Counted from the first letter of the stretch, positions 1 to 10,213 are shown. The stretch is DNA of 64,000 bases from an uncultured Pseudomonadota bacterium (GCA_963727685.1 CAVSGY010000007.1:9300-73299); one strand, 5' to 3'. Numbers and translations are program-made. Notes: generated from the sequence alone by a model not told the origin.

Positions 1-1490
1 GGTAGGCCCGCGTCACGTCGATGCCCTGGATCGGCGCCTCGTGCCACAGCCCGTGCAGGTCGTGCCGCCAGACGCCGAGCTTCGGCAGCTCGAACAGGAA
101 CACGTTGACGCAGTCGTCGGCGAGCTGGCGCTGCACGGCGCCGAGCAGCCGCCGCCGCGCCTCCGGCGCGCGGGTCCGCGACAGCTCGTCGAGCAGCGCC
201 GCATAGTGCGGGTTCGAATAGCCGAAGTAGTAGCCGGGGCGGGCGTAGATGTCGTAGTCCATCGGCTCGGTGTGCGAGACGATCGTCAGGTCGTAGTCGC
301 GGTTCTTGAATACCTGCTCGAGCCACTGCGCCCACTCGATGTTCTGGATGTGGACGCGGATGCCGACCGCGGCGAGCTCGGCGGCGACGATCTCGCCGCT
401 GCGCCGCGCGTAGTAGGGCGGCGGCAGCCGCAGCGTCACATCCAGGCCGTGCGGGTAGCCCGCCTCGGCGAGCAGCGCGCGCGCTGCCGGCGGGTCGTAG
501 GGATAGCGGCCGGTGAGGTCGACGTACGCCGGGTCGTGCGGCGGGAAGTGGCTGCCGATCGGCTCGCCGTAGCCGTACATCGCGCCCTGCGATGATCGCC
601 CGGCGGTCGACCGCGTGCGCGAGCGCGCGCCGGACCCTGAGGTCGTTGAACGGTGGCCGCGCGTTGTTGATCGCTAGCAGCGTCTCACCTTCGGTCGAGC
701 CGACCACGACCGTGAAGCGCGGGTCGCGCGCGAGTGCGGCGAGGCTCTCGGGCGAGGTGAAGTTCGAGTAGGCGTCGACGTCGCCGGCCAGCAGCGCCGC
801 AAGCGCAGTGCTCGCGTCCGGCACCACCCGGAAGGTGACCTGATCGAGCAGCGCCGGCGGACCCCAGTAGTCGGGGTTGCGCTCGAGCACGACCGCGTCG
901 CCCTTGCGCCACTCGCGGAAGCGGAACGGCCCCGTGCCGACCGGCGCGATGGCCGCGCGCGCGGCGCTCGCCGGGCTCAGGATCACGAGGTTGCCCCAGC
1001 CGAGGTAGGTCAGGATCTCGGCGACCGGGCGGCTGAGCTCGATCGTCAGCGTCAGCTCGTCCTCGACGCGGACCGCGCGGATCGGCTGCAGCAGGTCGCG
1101 GAGCGGGTTCTTCGAGTCGGCGGCGCGCGCCCGGTCGAGCGAGAAGCGGGCGTCGGCCGCCGTCAGCGGCGCGCCGTCGTGGAAGCGCACGCCGGCGCGC
1201 AGGTGGAAGCGGTAGCGCAGGCCGTCGTCGCTGACGGTCCAGTCGCGCGCCAGCGCCGGCACCACGCGCCCATCCTCGGCGATCCGCGTCAGCCCTTCGT
1301 AGACATTGGCGTAGACGACGTCCTGGGTCGCCTCCGCCGAAGTCGCCGACGGGTCGAGGTTCGGCGGCTCGAGCGGGATGCCGATCGTGATCGAGCCGCC
1401 GGCAGCGGCCAGCGCCGCCGGCAACGCCAGGGCGCAGGCGAGCACGAGCAGGATCTGCGCCAGGCCACGGCGCCGGCGCCGGCCGCTCAT
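1..1490 (-). CDS. ABC transporter substrate-binding protein, family 5 (DppA/OppA/NikA-like). The C-terminus runs off the window start. One frame break near 590.
   Basis: Absent from the ORF track because no stop lies inside the window. Hand translation from the ATG (complement of 1488-1490) gives MSGRRRRRGLAQILLVLACALALPAALAAAGGSITIGIPLEPPNLDPSATSAEATQDVVYANVYEGLTRIAEDGRVVPALARDWTVSDDGLRYRFHLRAGVRFHDGAPL...GTGPFRFREWRKGDAVVLERNPDYWG. This is a signal peptide plus SBP_bac_5-type blocks. The frame changes after ..VDRRAIIAG and resumes at ..MYGYGEPIGSHFPPHDPAYV. The start overlaps the stop of the upstream gene (ATGA). Confidence 0.85.
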   Translation of the reverse strand, partial: MSGRRRRRGLAQILLVLACALALPAALAAAGGSITIGIPLEPPNLDPSATSAEATQDVVYANVYEGLTRIAEDGRVVPALARDWTVSDDGLRYRFHLRAGVRFHDGAPLTAADARFSLDRARAADSKNPLRDLLQPIRAVRVEDELTLTIELSRPVAEILTYLGWGNLVILSPASAARAAIAPVGTGPFRFREWRKGDAVVLERNPDYWGPPALLDQVTFRVVPDASTALAALLAGDVDAYSNFTSPESLAALARDPRFTVVVGSTEGETLLAINNARPPFNDLRVRRALAHAVDRRAIIAGRDVRLRRADRQPLPAARPGVRRPHRPLSLRPAGSARAARRGGLPARPGCDAAAAAALLRAAQRRDRRRRARRGRHPRPHPEHRVGAVARAGIQEPRLRPDDRLAHRADGLRHLRPPRLLLRLFEPALCGAARRAVADPRAGGAAAAARRRAAPARRRLRQRVPVRAAEARRLAARPARAVARGADPGHRRDAGL

Positions 1491-2771
1491 GCCGCGCGGG
1501 TCAGCAGGCGGTGAGCGGACACGGCCATGACCTTGGCCGAGGCGACCAGGTCGTCGATGACGACGAACTCGTCGGGCTGGTGGGCGAGGTCGAGGATGCC
1601 AGGGCCGTAGGCGATGCAGTCCTTGAGCCGGCCGATGCGGTCGATGTGCTTCTGGTCGTAGGTGCCCGGCGAGCAGACGATCTCGGCGTCCCGGCCGAGC
1701 ACCTCGCGTACCGCGGCGAGCGTCGCCTGCACCACCGGGCCCGAGCGGTCGGCCATCACCGGCAGGACCTCGAACAGGTCCCGAAGCTCGTAGCGAAAGC
1801 CCGGCCGCTCGTCGGCCAGCCGCTCGAGCAGCTCGCGGACCTCGGCCTTGACGTTCGCGAGCTGCTCCTCGACCAGGAAGCGGCGGTCGATGACGATGCG
1901 GCACGAGTCGGCGACGCACGGCGCCGGCAGGCCGTCGAAGCCCTCGGGCTGGCCGCCGTGGACCGAGTTGATGTTGAGCGTCGACTGGCGCGCAGCCGCC
2001 GGTACCACCGGCATGACGGTGGTGCGCGCGGCGAGCCGCGGCAGCAGCTCGTGCTCGAGCCGCTCGAGCACGGCGCCCATGTGGCGGATCGCCGAGTCGC
2101 CGAGGAACGGCATCGAGCCGTGCGCGATCCGGCCCTTGGTCTCGAGCTCCGCCCACCACACGCCGCGGTGGCCGATGCAGACGCGGTCGACGTTGAGCGG
2201 CTCGGGGATGATCACGTGCTGCACGCGCGACCGGGCGCGAACCAGCCGCGCTCGGCGAGGTAGGCGACGCCGCCGTAGCCGCCGGATTCCTCGTCGACCG
2301 TGCCGGAGATCTCGATGCGCCCCCGGCAGCGGGCCGCCGGCATCGACGAGCGCCTCGGCGGCGACGATCGCGGCGGCGAGGCCGCCCTTCATGTCGCAGG
2401 TGCCGCGGCCGTAGATCCGGCCGTCGCGCACGACCGCGCCGAACGGCTCGACGCTCCAGCCATGGCCGGGCTCGACGACGTCGATGTGGCCGTTGAAGTG
2501 CACGCAGCGCCCGCCCGCGGCGCCCTCGTGGCGGGCGATCGACGTTGATGCGCGGGTAGCGGTCGCTGTCGCCCGGCGCACCGCGGCCGCGCACGTACTC
2601 GACCACAAAGCCGCGGCGCGCGAGTCGCCGGCCGATCGCCTCGGCGCAGTCGCGGTAGGCGTCGCCCGGCGGGTTCGTGGTCGGGATGCGTACCAGCTCC
2701 CGGGTCAGCGCGACCAACTCGTCGCGGCGCGCCTCGATCGCGCGCAGCACTGTGGGGATCGACGCCGTCAC
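1487..2771 (-). CDS. M20 family metallopeptidase/deacylase (ArgE/DapE-like). About three frame breaks.
   Basis: ORF 1487..2608 plus upstream fragments give VTASIPTVLRAIEARRDELVALTRELVRIPTTNPPG, HFNGHIDVVEPGHGW, GRGTCDMKGGLAA, IEISGTVDEESGGYGG (shifted frame) and HRGVWWAELETKGRIAHGSMP. The GTG start (complement 2769-2771) overlaps the coaX stop (GTGA). Confidence 0.8.
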
Positions 2772-3493
2772 GGCACGCCCCCACCGGTCGCGGCGATCGC
2801 GAGGCCCGTCAGCACGAGCTCGGGCACGACCTCGGCGGGCTGCGACAGATGGGGCTCGAGCAGCTGCGCGTCGCCGCCGGTGAGAATGAGGCGCGGTGCG
2901 CCGCCGATCGCCTGCGCGAACTCGGCGAGGGCGCGGTCGGCGAGCGCGGCGAGCACCAGCGGTACGGGGTCGGCCGGCAGCCCCGCGAGTGCCCGGCCGG
3001 CGAGCAGTTCCGCGCCGCGCGCCCACGGCGCGCGCGTCTCGGAGAGCATCTGCACGCCCGGCAGGATCAGCCCACCGCGGTGCCGGCCGGCGCCGTCGAG
3101 CGCATCGACGGTGAGCGCGGTACCGCTGTTGACCACCAGCGACGCCTTCGGCGCGCTGCGCCACGCCGCGATCAGCGCCAGCCAGCGGTCGACGCCGAGC
3201 GCCGCGGGGCGCAGGTAGCCGTTGGTCACGCCGAGCAGCCGCTCGCTCGCCAGGATGAACTCGGGCTCGATCGCGTAATGGTCGCGCGACCACAGCGTGA
3301 GCGCGGCCGCGAACGCGGGGCCGGCGACGTTGGCGACGACGATCCGCGACGGCCGGTGGCCATCCGCCTCGATCTCGTCTTGCCAGCTGCGGTGGGTCGC
3401 GTCGTGGGCGACGGCACCCGACGGGGCGATCTCGAGGTACTCGAGCCAGGCCCACTTGACGCGGGTGTTGCCGACGTCGAGCAAGAGAATCAT
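2768..3493 (-). CDS. coaX: Type III pantothenate kinase
   Basis: Lies inside ORF 2768..3655. The likely start is the ATG at complement 3491-3493, giving MILLLDVGNTRVKWAWL (DxGNT phosphate-1 motif), then VVNSGTALTVDAL and GGLILPG. Single frame. Confidence 0.9.
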   Translation of the reverse strand: MILLLDVGNTRVKWAWLEYLEIAPSGAVAHDATHRSWQDEIEADGHRPSRIVVANVAGPAFAAALTLWSRDHYAIEPEFILASERLLGVTNGYLRPAALGVDRWLALIAAWRSAPKASLVVNSGTALTVDALDGAGRHRGGLILPGVQMLSETRAPWARGAELLAGRALAGLPADPVPLVLAALADRALAEFAQAIGGAPRLILTGGDAQLLEPHLSQPAEVVPELVLTGLAIAATGGGVP

Positions 3494-3609
3494 GGACCGG
3501 AGTCTAGGCGATCTTGCCGCACCGCGGCAGGCAGGCGGCCCGGAGGGCCGGCCGTGGGCGGGCCGCGGCGCGATCACCGGGGCGCTGCTGCCGGAATCCG
3601 GAAGGAGAG

Positions 3610-3645
3610 GGCCGCCGCGGGAGCCAACACGCTCCCGCGGCGGCC
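3610..3645. other. Perfect 15-bp inverted repeat (hairpin) in the coaX/folA divergent intergenic region
   Basis: ggccgccgcgggagc (3610-3624), loop caacac, then gctcccgcggcggcc (3631-3645). No U-tract on either strand. Function unknown. Confidence 0.5.
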
Positions 3646-3802
3646 TGGATCGCAATTGTCTGCCTCAGTGCAGCGCTTGCCGGTCCGTCACCAGGATTCG
3701 CCCTTGACCACGCCATCCGGGCGCACTGACGTCACGGGCAGAGGCAGGATATAAAGGACGCGGCCTGTACAGGCAGCGAACACTTCACACTTCCATTCCG
3801 TT

Positions 3803-4322
3803 ATGTCAATCGAGACCCCCGTCACAGGCCCGCGCCTCGAACTTGTGGTCGCCGTCGCCCGCAATGGCGTCATCGGCCGCGACAACGGGCTGCCGTGGCG
3901 CCTGCCGGCGGACCTGGCGCACTTCAAGCGCGTGACGCTCGGCCACCCGATCCTGATGGGACGGCGCACCTGGGACAGCATCGGCCGGCCGCTGCCCGGC
4001 CGGCAGAACATCGTGCTGACGCGCGACCCCGCCTTCCGTGCCGCCGGGGCGACCGTCGTCCACTCGCTCGCCGCGGCCCGCGCCGCGGCGGCCGGTGCCG
4101 AGCGCCTGATGGTGATCGGCGGCGCGGAGCTCTATCGCGCCTGTCTCGGCGAGGCCGACGTTGCTGCACCTGACCGAGGTCGACGCCGACGTCGACGGCG
4201 ACGCCCGCTTCCCGGCGTGGCACCGCGAGGACTGGCAGGAGGTCTGGCGCGAGGCGCATCCTGCCGACGAGCGCCACGCCTATCCGTACAGCTTCGTCAC
4301 GCTCAGGCGCCGGGCGGCGTGA
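3803..4322 (+). CDS. folA: Dihydrofolate reductase. One frame break near 4165.
   Basis: [75 protein letters not shown] is a DHFR fingerprint. After the break it continues [38 protein letters not shown] and ends at TGA 4320-4322. Confidence 0.85.
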
Positions 4323-5678
4323 GCGGCGCGAGCCGCGCGGCGAGCGCGCTCTCGAGGTGCGGCAGGTCGACGTCGGCGAGCCGCGCGCAGCCGCGCGTCG
4401 CGCCGTCGAGCAGCTCCGCCTGGATCGCGCCGCGCCGCTCGGCCTCGGCGTACGGGATCTCGGCGTGGAACATCACCATCGAGTAGCGCGGTATGAAGCG
4501 CTGCGGATGGCGCCGCTCGAGTTCCAGCGACAGCTGCTTCTGCAGCGCGAACGACGGGTCGCGCACCGTGTCGCGCATCTCGGTGTAGTTCTCGATCGCC
4601 ATGCGCGGCGATCGCCGCGGTGTCCTCGCGCCGGAGCGCGTCGAAGCGCGCGAAGCGCGCCGCCCAGTCCGGCGCCGCCGGCAAGCAGCTCGTCGAGCAC
4701 GCGGCAGTCCTCGAACGCGCAGTTCATGCCCTGGCCGTGGAACGGCACGATCGCGTGCGCGGCATCGCCGATCAGCAGCGCCTGGCCGCCGACGTGCCAG
4801 CGCGACGGTGTAGATCGTCGACATGCGGCCGACCGGGTTGGCGGCGAACTGCGCCTCGAAGTCGGGCACGAGCGCGAGCGCGTCGGCGAACTCGCGCTCG
4901 AACAGCGCACGCGCGGCCGCCGGCGTCCGCGAGCGCGGCGAAGCTGACCGGACCGCCGTCGCGCTGGCAGGAACAGCGTCGCCGTGAAGGTGCCGTCGGC
5001 GTTCGGCAGCGCGATCAGCATGTAGCCGCCGCGCGGCCAGATGTGCAGCGCGTCGCGCGGCAGCCGGTGCCGGCCGTCGCGGCCGGCGGGAATCGTCAGT
5101 TCCTTGTAGCCGTGGCCGAGCGGTCTCCTCGCGCGCCACGGCGAGGCCGGCCGCGACCATCGCCTGGCGCAGCGCCGAGCCCGCGCCGTCGGCGCCGATC
5201 AGCGGCGCCATCGGCACGGCGAAGCGCCGGCCGTCGGCGAGCGCCTCGATCTCGGCCTCGCCGCGCACGAAATCCGCGCCGCGGCAGGCGTGGCCGAAGT
5301 GGAACTCGACGCCGGCCGCCTCGGCGGCGTCGACCAGCACTCGATTGAGCTCGGCGCGCGACACCGCCCACAGTAGCTCGTGCGGCCGCTGGCCGTAGGG
5401 CAGCAAGCGCGGCGCGCCGCCGAGCTCGTGGACCATGCGGCCGCGCATCGGCACCAGCAGCGGGCGCACGGCGTCCATGCAGCCCGGCGCGCTCGAGCGC
5501 GGCGATGCCGCGTGCGGCGAGCGCGAGGTTGATCGAGCGGCCGGCCGGCAGCCGCACGCGGCGCGCGATCGGCGCGCCGCTCGTAGAGCCGTACCGCGTG
5601 CGCCGCGGCGCGCCAGCAGCAGCGCCAGCAGCGGGCCGGCGCAGCCGCCGCCGAGGACCAGTGACCGGATCGCGTCAC
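4303..5678 (-). CDS. kmo: Kynurenine 3-monooxygenase (FAD-dependent). At least six frame breaks.
   Basis: Fragments occur in all three minus frames: [20 protein letters not shown] (GxGxxG), [74 protein letters not shown], and the C-terminal [52 protein letters not shown]. The GTG start at 5678 overlaps the kynU stop (GTGA). Confidence 0.8.
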
Positions 5679-6961
5679 GGCGGCGCGAGCGCCGCCTCGA
5701 GCGCCGTCGACGCGCGCGCTCGACGTCGGCGAAGCTGTTGTAGAGCGGCGCCGGCGCGAGCCGGATGACGTCCGGCTCGCGCCAGTCGCCGATCACGCCG
5801 CGCGCCGTGAGATTCGCGAACGCGCGCCGGCCGGCCGCGGCCCCGCCGGCGACGCGCAGCGACAGCTGGCAGCCGCGCTCGGCATCGGCGGCGGGCGTGA
5901 TGACCGCGATCCGCCCGGCAAGCCGCGCCTCGAGCAGGCGGCGGGCGAAGGCCGTCAGCGCCAGCGACTTGGCGCGCAGCGCCGCGAGCCCCGCGGCGTC
6001 GAAGGTGGCGAGCGCGGCGCCGAGCGGCGCGAGCGCCAGCACCGGCGGGTTCGACTGCTGCCAGCCCTCGGCGCCCGCCATCGGCACGAACTCCGGCCCC
6101 ATGTCGAAGCGGGTCGCCGCGTCGTGGCCCCACCAGCCGGCGAAGCGCGGCAGCGTCGCGTCGCGCGCGTGCCGCTCGTGCACGAAGGCGCCGGCGATCG
6201 CGCCGGGGCCCGCGCACAGGTACTTGTAGTGGCACCAGACGGCGAAGTCGGCGCCGCAGTCGTGCAGCGCGAGCGGCACGTTGCCGACGGCGTGCGCGAG
6301 GTCCCAGCCGACGGCGGCGCCGTGGCGACGCGCGATCGCGGGTGATCGCCGCGACGTCGAGCACCTGGCCGGTCAGGTACTGGACGCCCGGCAGCAGCAC
6401 CAGCGCGAGCGAGTCGCCCGCGCGCTCGATCGCCGCGACGATGTCCTCGGTGCGCAGCAGGTCCTCGCCGGCGCGCGGCCCGACTTCGATCAGCGCCCGC
6501 TCGGGCGCGTAGCCGTGGAAGCGGAGCTGCGAGACGACCGCATAGCGGTCCGACGGGAACGCCGGCCGCTCGATCAGGATCGCGGTGGCGCGCGGGCGTC
6601 GGCCGGTAGAAGCTCACCAGCAGCAGGTGCAGGTTGACCGTCAGCGTGTTCATCGCCACGACCTCAGCGGGCGCGGCGCCGACCAGGCGGGCGAGCGGCG
6701 CGGCGAACTGCGCGTGGTAGTCGGCCCAGCGCTGCGGGCCCGTCGTGGTGGCCCCGGACCGCGAGCGTCGCCCAGCCGCTCGAGGACCTCGCGCACACGT
6801 GCCTCGGCGTCCACCGGCATCGGTCCGAGCGAATTGCCGCACAGGTACACGGCGACCCGCCCGTCCGGCGCAAGCGGCAGCCGGAAACGGCTGCGCAGCG
6901 GGGCCAGCGCGTCGCCGCGGTCGAGCGCCCGTGCCTCGGCGGAAACGCCATCGTCAGTCAT
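5675..6961 (-). CDS. kynU: Kynureninase (PLP-dependent). Several frame breaks.
   Basis: The N-terminus is MTDDGVSAEARALDRGDALAPLRSRFRLPLAPDGRVAVYLCGNSLGPMP (ORF 6650..7003). The C-terminal part is DFAVWCHYKYLCAGPGAIAGAFVHERH..FAGWWGH..GWQQSNPPVLALAPL..IRLAPAPLYNSFADVERA (ORF 4303..6279). The last residues are in a further frame and end at TGA (complement 5675-5677). Confidence 0.8.
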
Positions 6962-7778
6962 GGGGCCGCAGCGGGTAGAGCAGCGGGCGGCTCGGCGCCG
7001 CATCGCTCATGAAGGCTGGCAGCTGCAGGTCGAGCATGTACCAGCCGTCGTGCACGGTCGGTGCGATCCAGGCGAGCTCGGTGATGGTCGCGTCGCGGCG
7101 CGTGGCGTCGTGGGCGCGGCGCGCGCCCGGCGGCAGGCCCCAGAACATGCGATGCGCGAGCAGCCGGCCGCCGTCGACCGCGCGGTCGATCGACGGCAGG
7201 TCGACGACCAGGTGGCGGACGCCGGCAGCGGCCAGCAGCGCTGCCGCCTCGGGCGTGAAGTACGGCGCCGGCGCCGCGCCCGCGTAGTGCCGGCCGAGCT
7301 TGCTCGCGTCGTTGGGCAGCGTGCGGACGATCAGCGCCTCCGAGTCGCCCGGCAGCGCCGCGAGCGCCGCGGCGATCGCGGCGGCGGTGACCACCGGCTC
7401 GCCGGGCGTCGCCGCGGCGTCCGCCTGCTCGCCGCTCGAGCCGATCGGCGTGGTGCGCACCGAGACCAGCCGCGCGATGTGCAGTCCGCCGCGCAGCACC
7501 TCGTGAACCGCGATGCGGTCGGTCGTGAGGTGGCCGACGCATTCGGTGTGGGTGCCGTTGCAGTGGGGCACCAGCGTCAGGCGCTCGCAGTTGACCGCGC
7601 CGCCGGCGCGCACGTCGCCGACGAAACCCGCCGCGGCCAGCGGCTGCGCGTGGGCGCGCGGCGCGCCGAAGTGGTTCGGCTGCACGCCGTCGAAGTCGAG
7701 CGGCATCGCGATCGACAGCGGGTCCGAGAGGTCGGCCGCGTAACGCCGGCCGCCGCGCGTCAGCAGCACCTCGCTCAT
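6954..7778 (-). CDS. kynB: Kynurenine formamidase / cyclase-family arylformamidase
   Basis: The start [10 protein letters not shown] lies at 7778 inside ORF 6954..7943. It has the cyclase-family metal-site block HCNGTHTECVGH and VRHLVVDLPSID. Single frame. ATGA overlap with the nbaC stop. Confidence 0.75.
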   Translation of the reverse strand: MSEVLLTRGGRRYAADLSDPLSIAMPLDFDGVQPNHFGAPRAHAQPLAAAGFVGDVRAGGAVNCERLTLVPHCNGTHTECVGHLTTDRIAVHEVLRGGLHIARLVSVRTTPIGSSGEQADAAATPGEPVVTAAAIAAALAALPGDSEALIVRTLPNDASKLGRHYAGAAPAPYFTPEAAALLAAAGVRHLVVDLPSIDRAVDGGRLLAHRMFWGLPPGARRAHDATRRDATITELAWIAPTVHDGWYMLDLQLPAFMSDAAPSRPLLYPLRPHD

Positions 7779-8302
7779 CGCGGCGGCGCTGCCGGCGGCT
7801 CGAGCACGGTGCCGCAGCTGCGGCAGGTCCGGCGTGCCAGGTCCGCATAGAAGCGCTCGAACACCGGCTGCAACTCGGTCTCGATGTTGGCGAGCGCGAA
7901 GTACTCCTCGTAGAGCAGCCCGTGGCAGGCCGGGCAGTACCACCGGAACCCGTCGCGCTCGGCCGCGGTGCGGCGCCGCTCGACGACCAGCCCGATGGAG
8001 CCGGCCGGCCGCTGCGGCGAGTGGGGCACGAGCGGCGGCAGCAGGAAGACGGCGCCCGGACCGACTGCGTAATCGACCGGCCGGCCGTCCTGTATGGTCT
8101 TCAGCGTCAAGGTGCCCTCGAGCTGGTAGAAGAACTCGGCGCCCGGGTCAACGTGGAAGTCCCGACGCGCGTTCGGTCCCCCGACGATCATGATGATGAA
8201 GTCGCCCGCCGGGAACACCTGGCGGTTGGCCACCGGCGGCACGAGCGCGTGCCGGTGCGCCTCGATCCAGTCCTGCAGGTTGAAAGGCGGGGTGGGGTGC
8301 AT
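7775..8302 (-). CDS. nbaC: 3-hydroxyanthranilate 3,4-dioxygenase
   Basis: ORF 7775..8302 is intact. Cupin core: [35 protein letters not shown]-terminal CPACHG..CRSCG is a rubredoxin-like site. Confidence 0.9.
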   Translation of the reverse strand: MHPTPPFNLQDWIEAHRHALVPPVANRQVFPAGDFIIMIVGGPNARRDFHVDPGAEFFYQLEGTLTLKTIQDGRPVDYAVGPGAVFLLPPLVPHSPQRPAGSIGLVVERRRTAAERDGFRWYCPACHGLLYEEYFALANIETELQPVFERFYADLARRTCRSCGTVLEPPAAPPR

Positions 8303-8390
8303 CGCAAACCATTATAGCCACCGGGCGTGCGCCGACCGGAACCGCCGCCCGTCCGCGCAGTCCATATTCTTGGTAGCGGAGGAGCCAACC

Positions 8391-8981
8391 ATGCTGTTGA
8401 GTATGCTTCGACGGACGCTCGTGGTGCTCGCGGCGTGCGCGCCGCTCGCGCCGATGGCGTGGGCTGACGAGGCGCCCGTTCCCGGTTACTGGGTCAAGCA
8501 CGAGCACGAGCTCAACTACGTCGGCTACACCTCGCAGTACTCCTGCGACGGCCTGCGGGACACGCTCAAGCAGCTGCTGCGCGCCGCGGGCGCGCGCGAC
8601 GACGCCAAGGTCGTGATGGCCTGCAGCAACCCGATCCAGGGGCCGTCGCGGATCGCGATCGCAAAAGTGAGCTTCTACACGCTCGCGCTCCAGCCGCCGG
8701 CGCCGGCGGCGGGCAAGCCGGCCGAGCCCGCGGCCCCGGGCGTCGGCGCCTGGCGGCGCGTCGAGTTCCGCGCCGCGCACCCGTTCTGGCTGCAGGAGGG
8801 CGATTGCGAGCTGGTCGAGCATTTCGATCGTGAGCTGCTGCCGCTGTTCACGACCCGCAACCGGATCAGCCACATGGAATGCGTGCCGCACGAGATCGTC
8901 GTCGGCGGGCTGTCGCTGGAGTTCGAATCGCTCGCGCCCCTGCCGAGGGGCACCCGGGCGCCCACGGCGCGGCCTCAGTAG
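8391..8981 (+). CDS. Hypothetical secreted protein (signal peptide, Cys-containing, Ala/Pro-rich linker)
   Basis: ATG at 8391 is preceded by ggagga. [27 protein letters not shown] looks like a signal peptide. No family recognised. Coding-like composition. The 3' end overlaps the apaH 3' end by 7 nt. Confidence 0.55.
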   Translation: MLLSMLRRTLVVLAACAPLAPMAWADEAPVPGYWVKHEHELNYVGYTSQYSCDGLRDTLKQLLRAAGARDDAKVVMACSNPIQGPSRIAIAKVSFYTLALQPPAPAAGKPAEPAAPGVGAWRRVEFRAAHPFWLQEGDCELVEHFDRELLPLFTTRNRISHMECVPHEIVVGGLSLEFESLAPLPRGTRAPTARPQ

Positions 8982-9821
8982 TCTTCCGGGGCGCCAACCG
9001 TGCGCGCCCCGCGGCACGCCACCTGCACGGGCGGCGCGGGGCGGTCGAGGCGCAGCGCCGTCAGCGCGCCGCCCCAGACGCAGCCGGTGTCGAGTGACAC
9101 CACGCCGTCGGCCTCGCAGTAGCCGAGCGCCGACCAGTGGCCGAACACGATCCGGGCCCCGGCGCTGCGCCGCCCCGGCACGCGGAACCACGGCAGCGCA
9201 CCGGCGGGTGCGCCCGTCGAGCGGGCCCTTGTACTTGAGCAGCAGCCGCCCGTCGGCGCCCAGGAACCGCAGCCGCGTCAGGCAGTTGACGGTGAAGCGC
9301 AGCCGTCCGAGGCCGATCGAGGTCGCGCCGACCAGCGGTCGGGCCTGTCGCCGTACATCGCCGCGAAGAACCCGCCCGGGTCGGCGGCGAGCGCTGCGGA
9401 GACCTCGGCTGCGCAGCGCGCACCGCGGTCGCGATATCCCACTGCGGTGGCAGTCCGGCGTGCACCATCGACCAGCCGAGCGCCGGGTCGTCGTGGACGA
9501 GCGGCAGGCGGGCGAGCCAGTCGAGCAGTTCGTCGCGGTCGGGGGCCGCCAGCACCTCGTCGAGCGTGTCGCTGCGGCGCAGCGCGCTTGGCATCGAGCG
9601 CAGCCGCGAGCAGGTGCAGGTCGTGGTTGCCGAGCACCACCGATGGCGGCACTGCCGAGCGCCTTGACCGCGCGCAGCGCGGCGAGCGAGGCGGGGCCGC
9701 GGTTGACGAGGTCGCCGGTGAGCCAGAGGCGGTCGCGCGCCGGGTCGAAGCTCAGCCGCTCGAGCAGCGCCCGGAATTCGTCGTAGCAGCCCTGCAGGTC
9801 GCCGATCGCGTAGACGGCCAT
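8975..9821 (-). CDS. apaH: Bis(5'-nucleosyl)-tetraphosphatase, symmetrical. At least four frame breaks.
   Basis: [47 protein letters not shown] (ORF 9278..9652), [30 protein letters not shown] (ORF 9061..9594), and the C-terminal [28 protein letters not shown] (ORF 8975..9181). Confidence 0.85.
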
Positions 9822-9828
9822 CGGCGCG

Positions 9829-10209
9829 TCAGTGCACGACGCCCGGCATCGCGAGCGAGAACGGTGCGATCGGCGCGTCGAAGCGCCGGCCGTCGTCGGC
9901 GAGCATCTGGTAGCTGCCCTGCATGCGCCGACCGGCGTCTCGAGCACCGCGCCGCTCGAGTAGCGGAAGCCCTGGCCGGGCTTCAGGTGCGGCTGCTCGC
10001 CGACGACGCCCTCGCCGCGGACCTCCTGCACCTTGCCGTTGGCGTCGGTGATGATCCAGTGGCGGGTCAGCAGGCGTGCCGGCACCTCGCCCTCGTTGCG
10101 GATCGTGATCGTGTAGGCGAACACGAAGCGCTGCTCGCGCGGGTCCGACTGGTCCTCGACGTACGCCGTGGCGACATCGACGATGATGCGGTGCGGTCTG
10201 CGGGTCCAT
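9829..10209 (-). CDS. apaG: ApaG (DUF525) protein. One frame break near 9935.
   Basis: The MDPQTAP start is at complement 10207-10209. [57 protein letters not shown], then the C-terminal [28 protein letters not shown] in ORF 9829..10551. Confidence 0.85.
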   Translation of the reverse strand: MDPQTAPHHRRCRHGVRRGPVGPARAALRVRLHDHDPQRGRGAGTPADPPLDHHRRQRQGAGGPRRGRRRRAAAPEARPGLPLLERRGARDAGRRMQGSYQMLADDGRRFDAPIAPFSLAMPGVVH

Positions 10210-10213
10210 GGCC

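Noticed and set aside
3688-3783. 31-aa minus-strand ORF ([31 protein letters not shown]) between coaX and folA
   Set aside because: It is too short, has no RBS, overlaps the likely folA promoter and has no recognisable family.
4303-4322. Convergent 3'-end overlaps: folA/kmo 20 nt here, the 8391-8981 ORF/apaH 7 nt at 8975-8981, and GNAT/aldehyde dehydrogenase 25 nt at 60240-60264
   Set aside because: Short tail-to-tail overlaps are common in compact high-GC genomes. They may also reflect stop-codon displacement by sequence errors. I do not treat them as regulatory features.
8315-8322. Third partial copy (TAGCCACC) of the putative att core
   Set aside because: It is 8 of 10 nt only, which is expected by chance at this window size. 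It lies in an ordinary promoter spacer far from any tRNA or integrase. It is kept only as a caution on the att call.
8148-10124. 658-aa minus-strand ORF
   Set aside because: It is a composite of true ApaG and ApaH N-terminal pieces followed by the antisense of the 8391-8981 gene and off-frame nbaC sequence. It has no independent signal.
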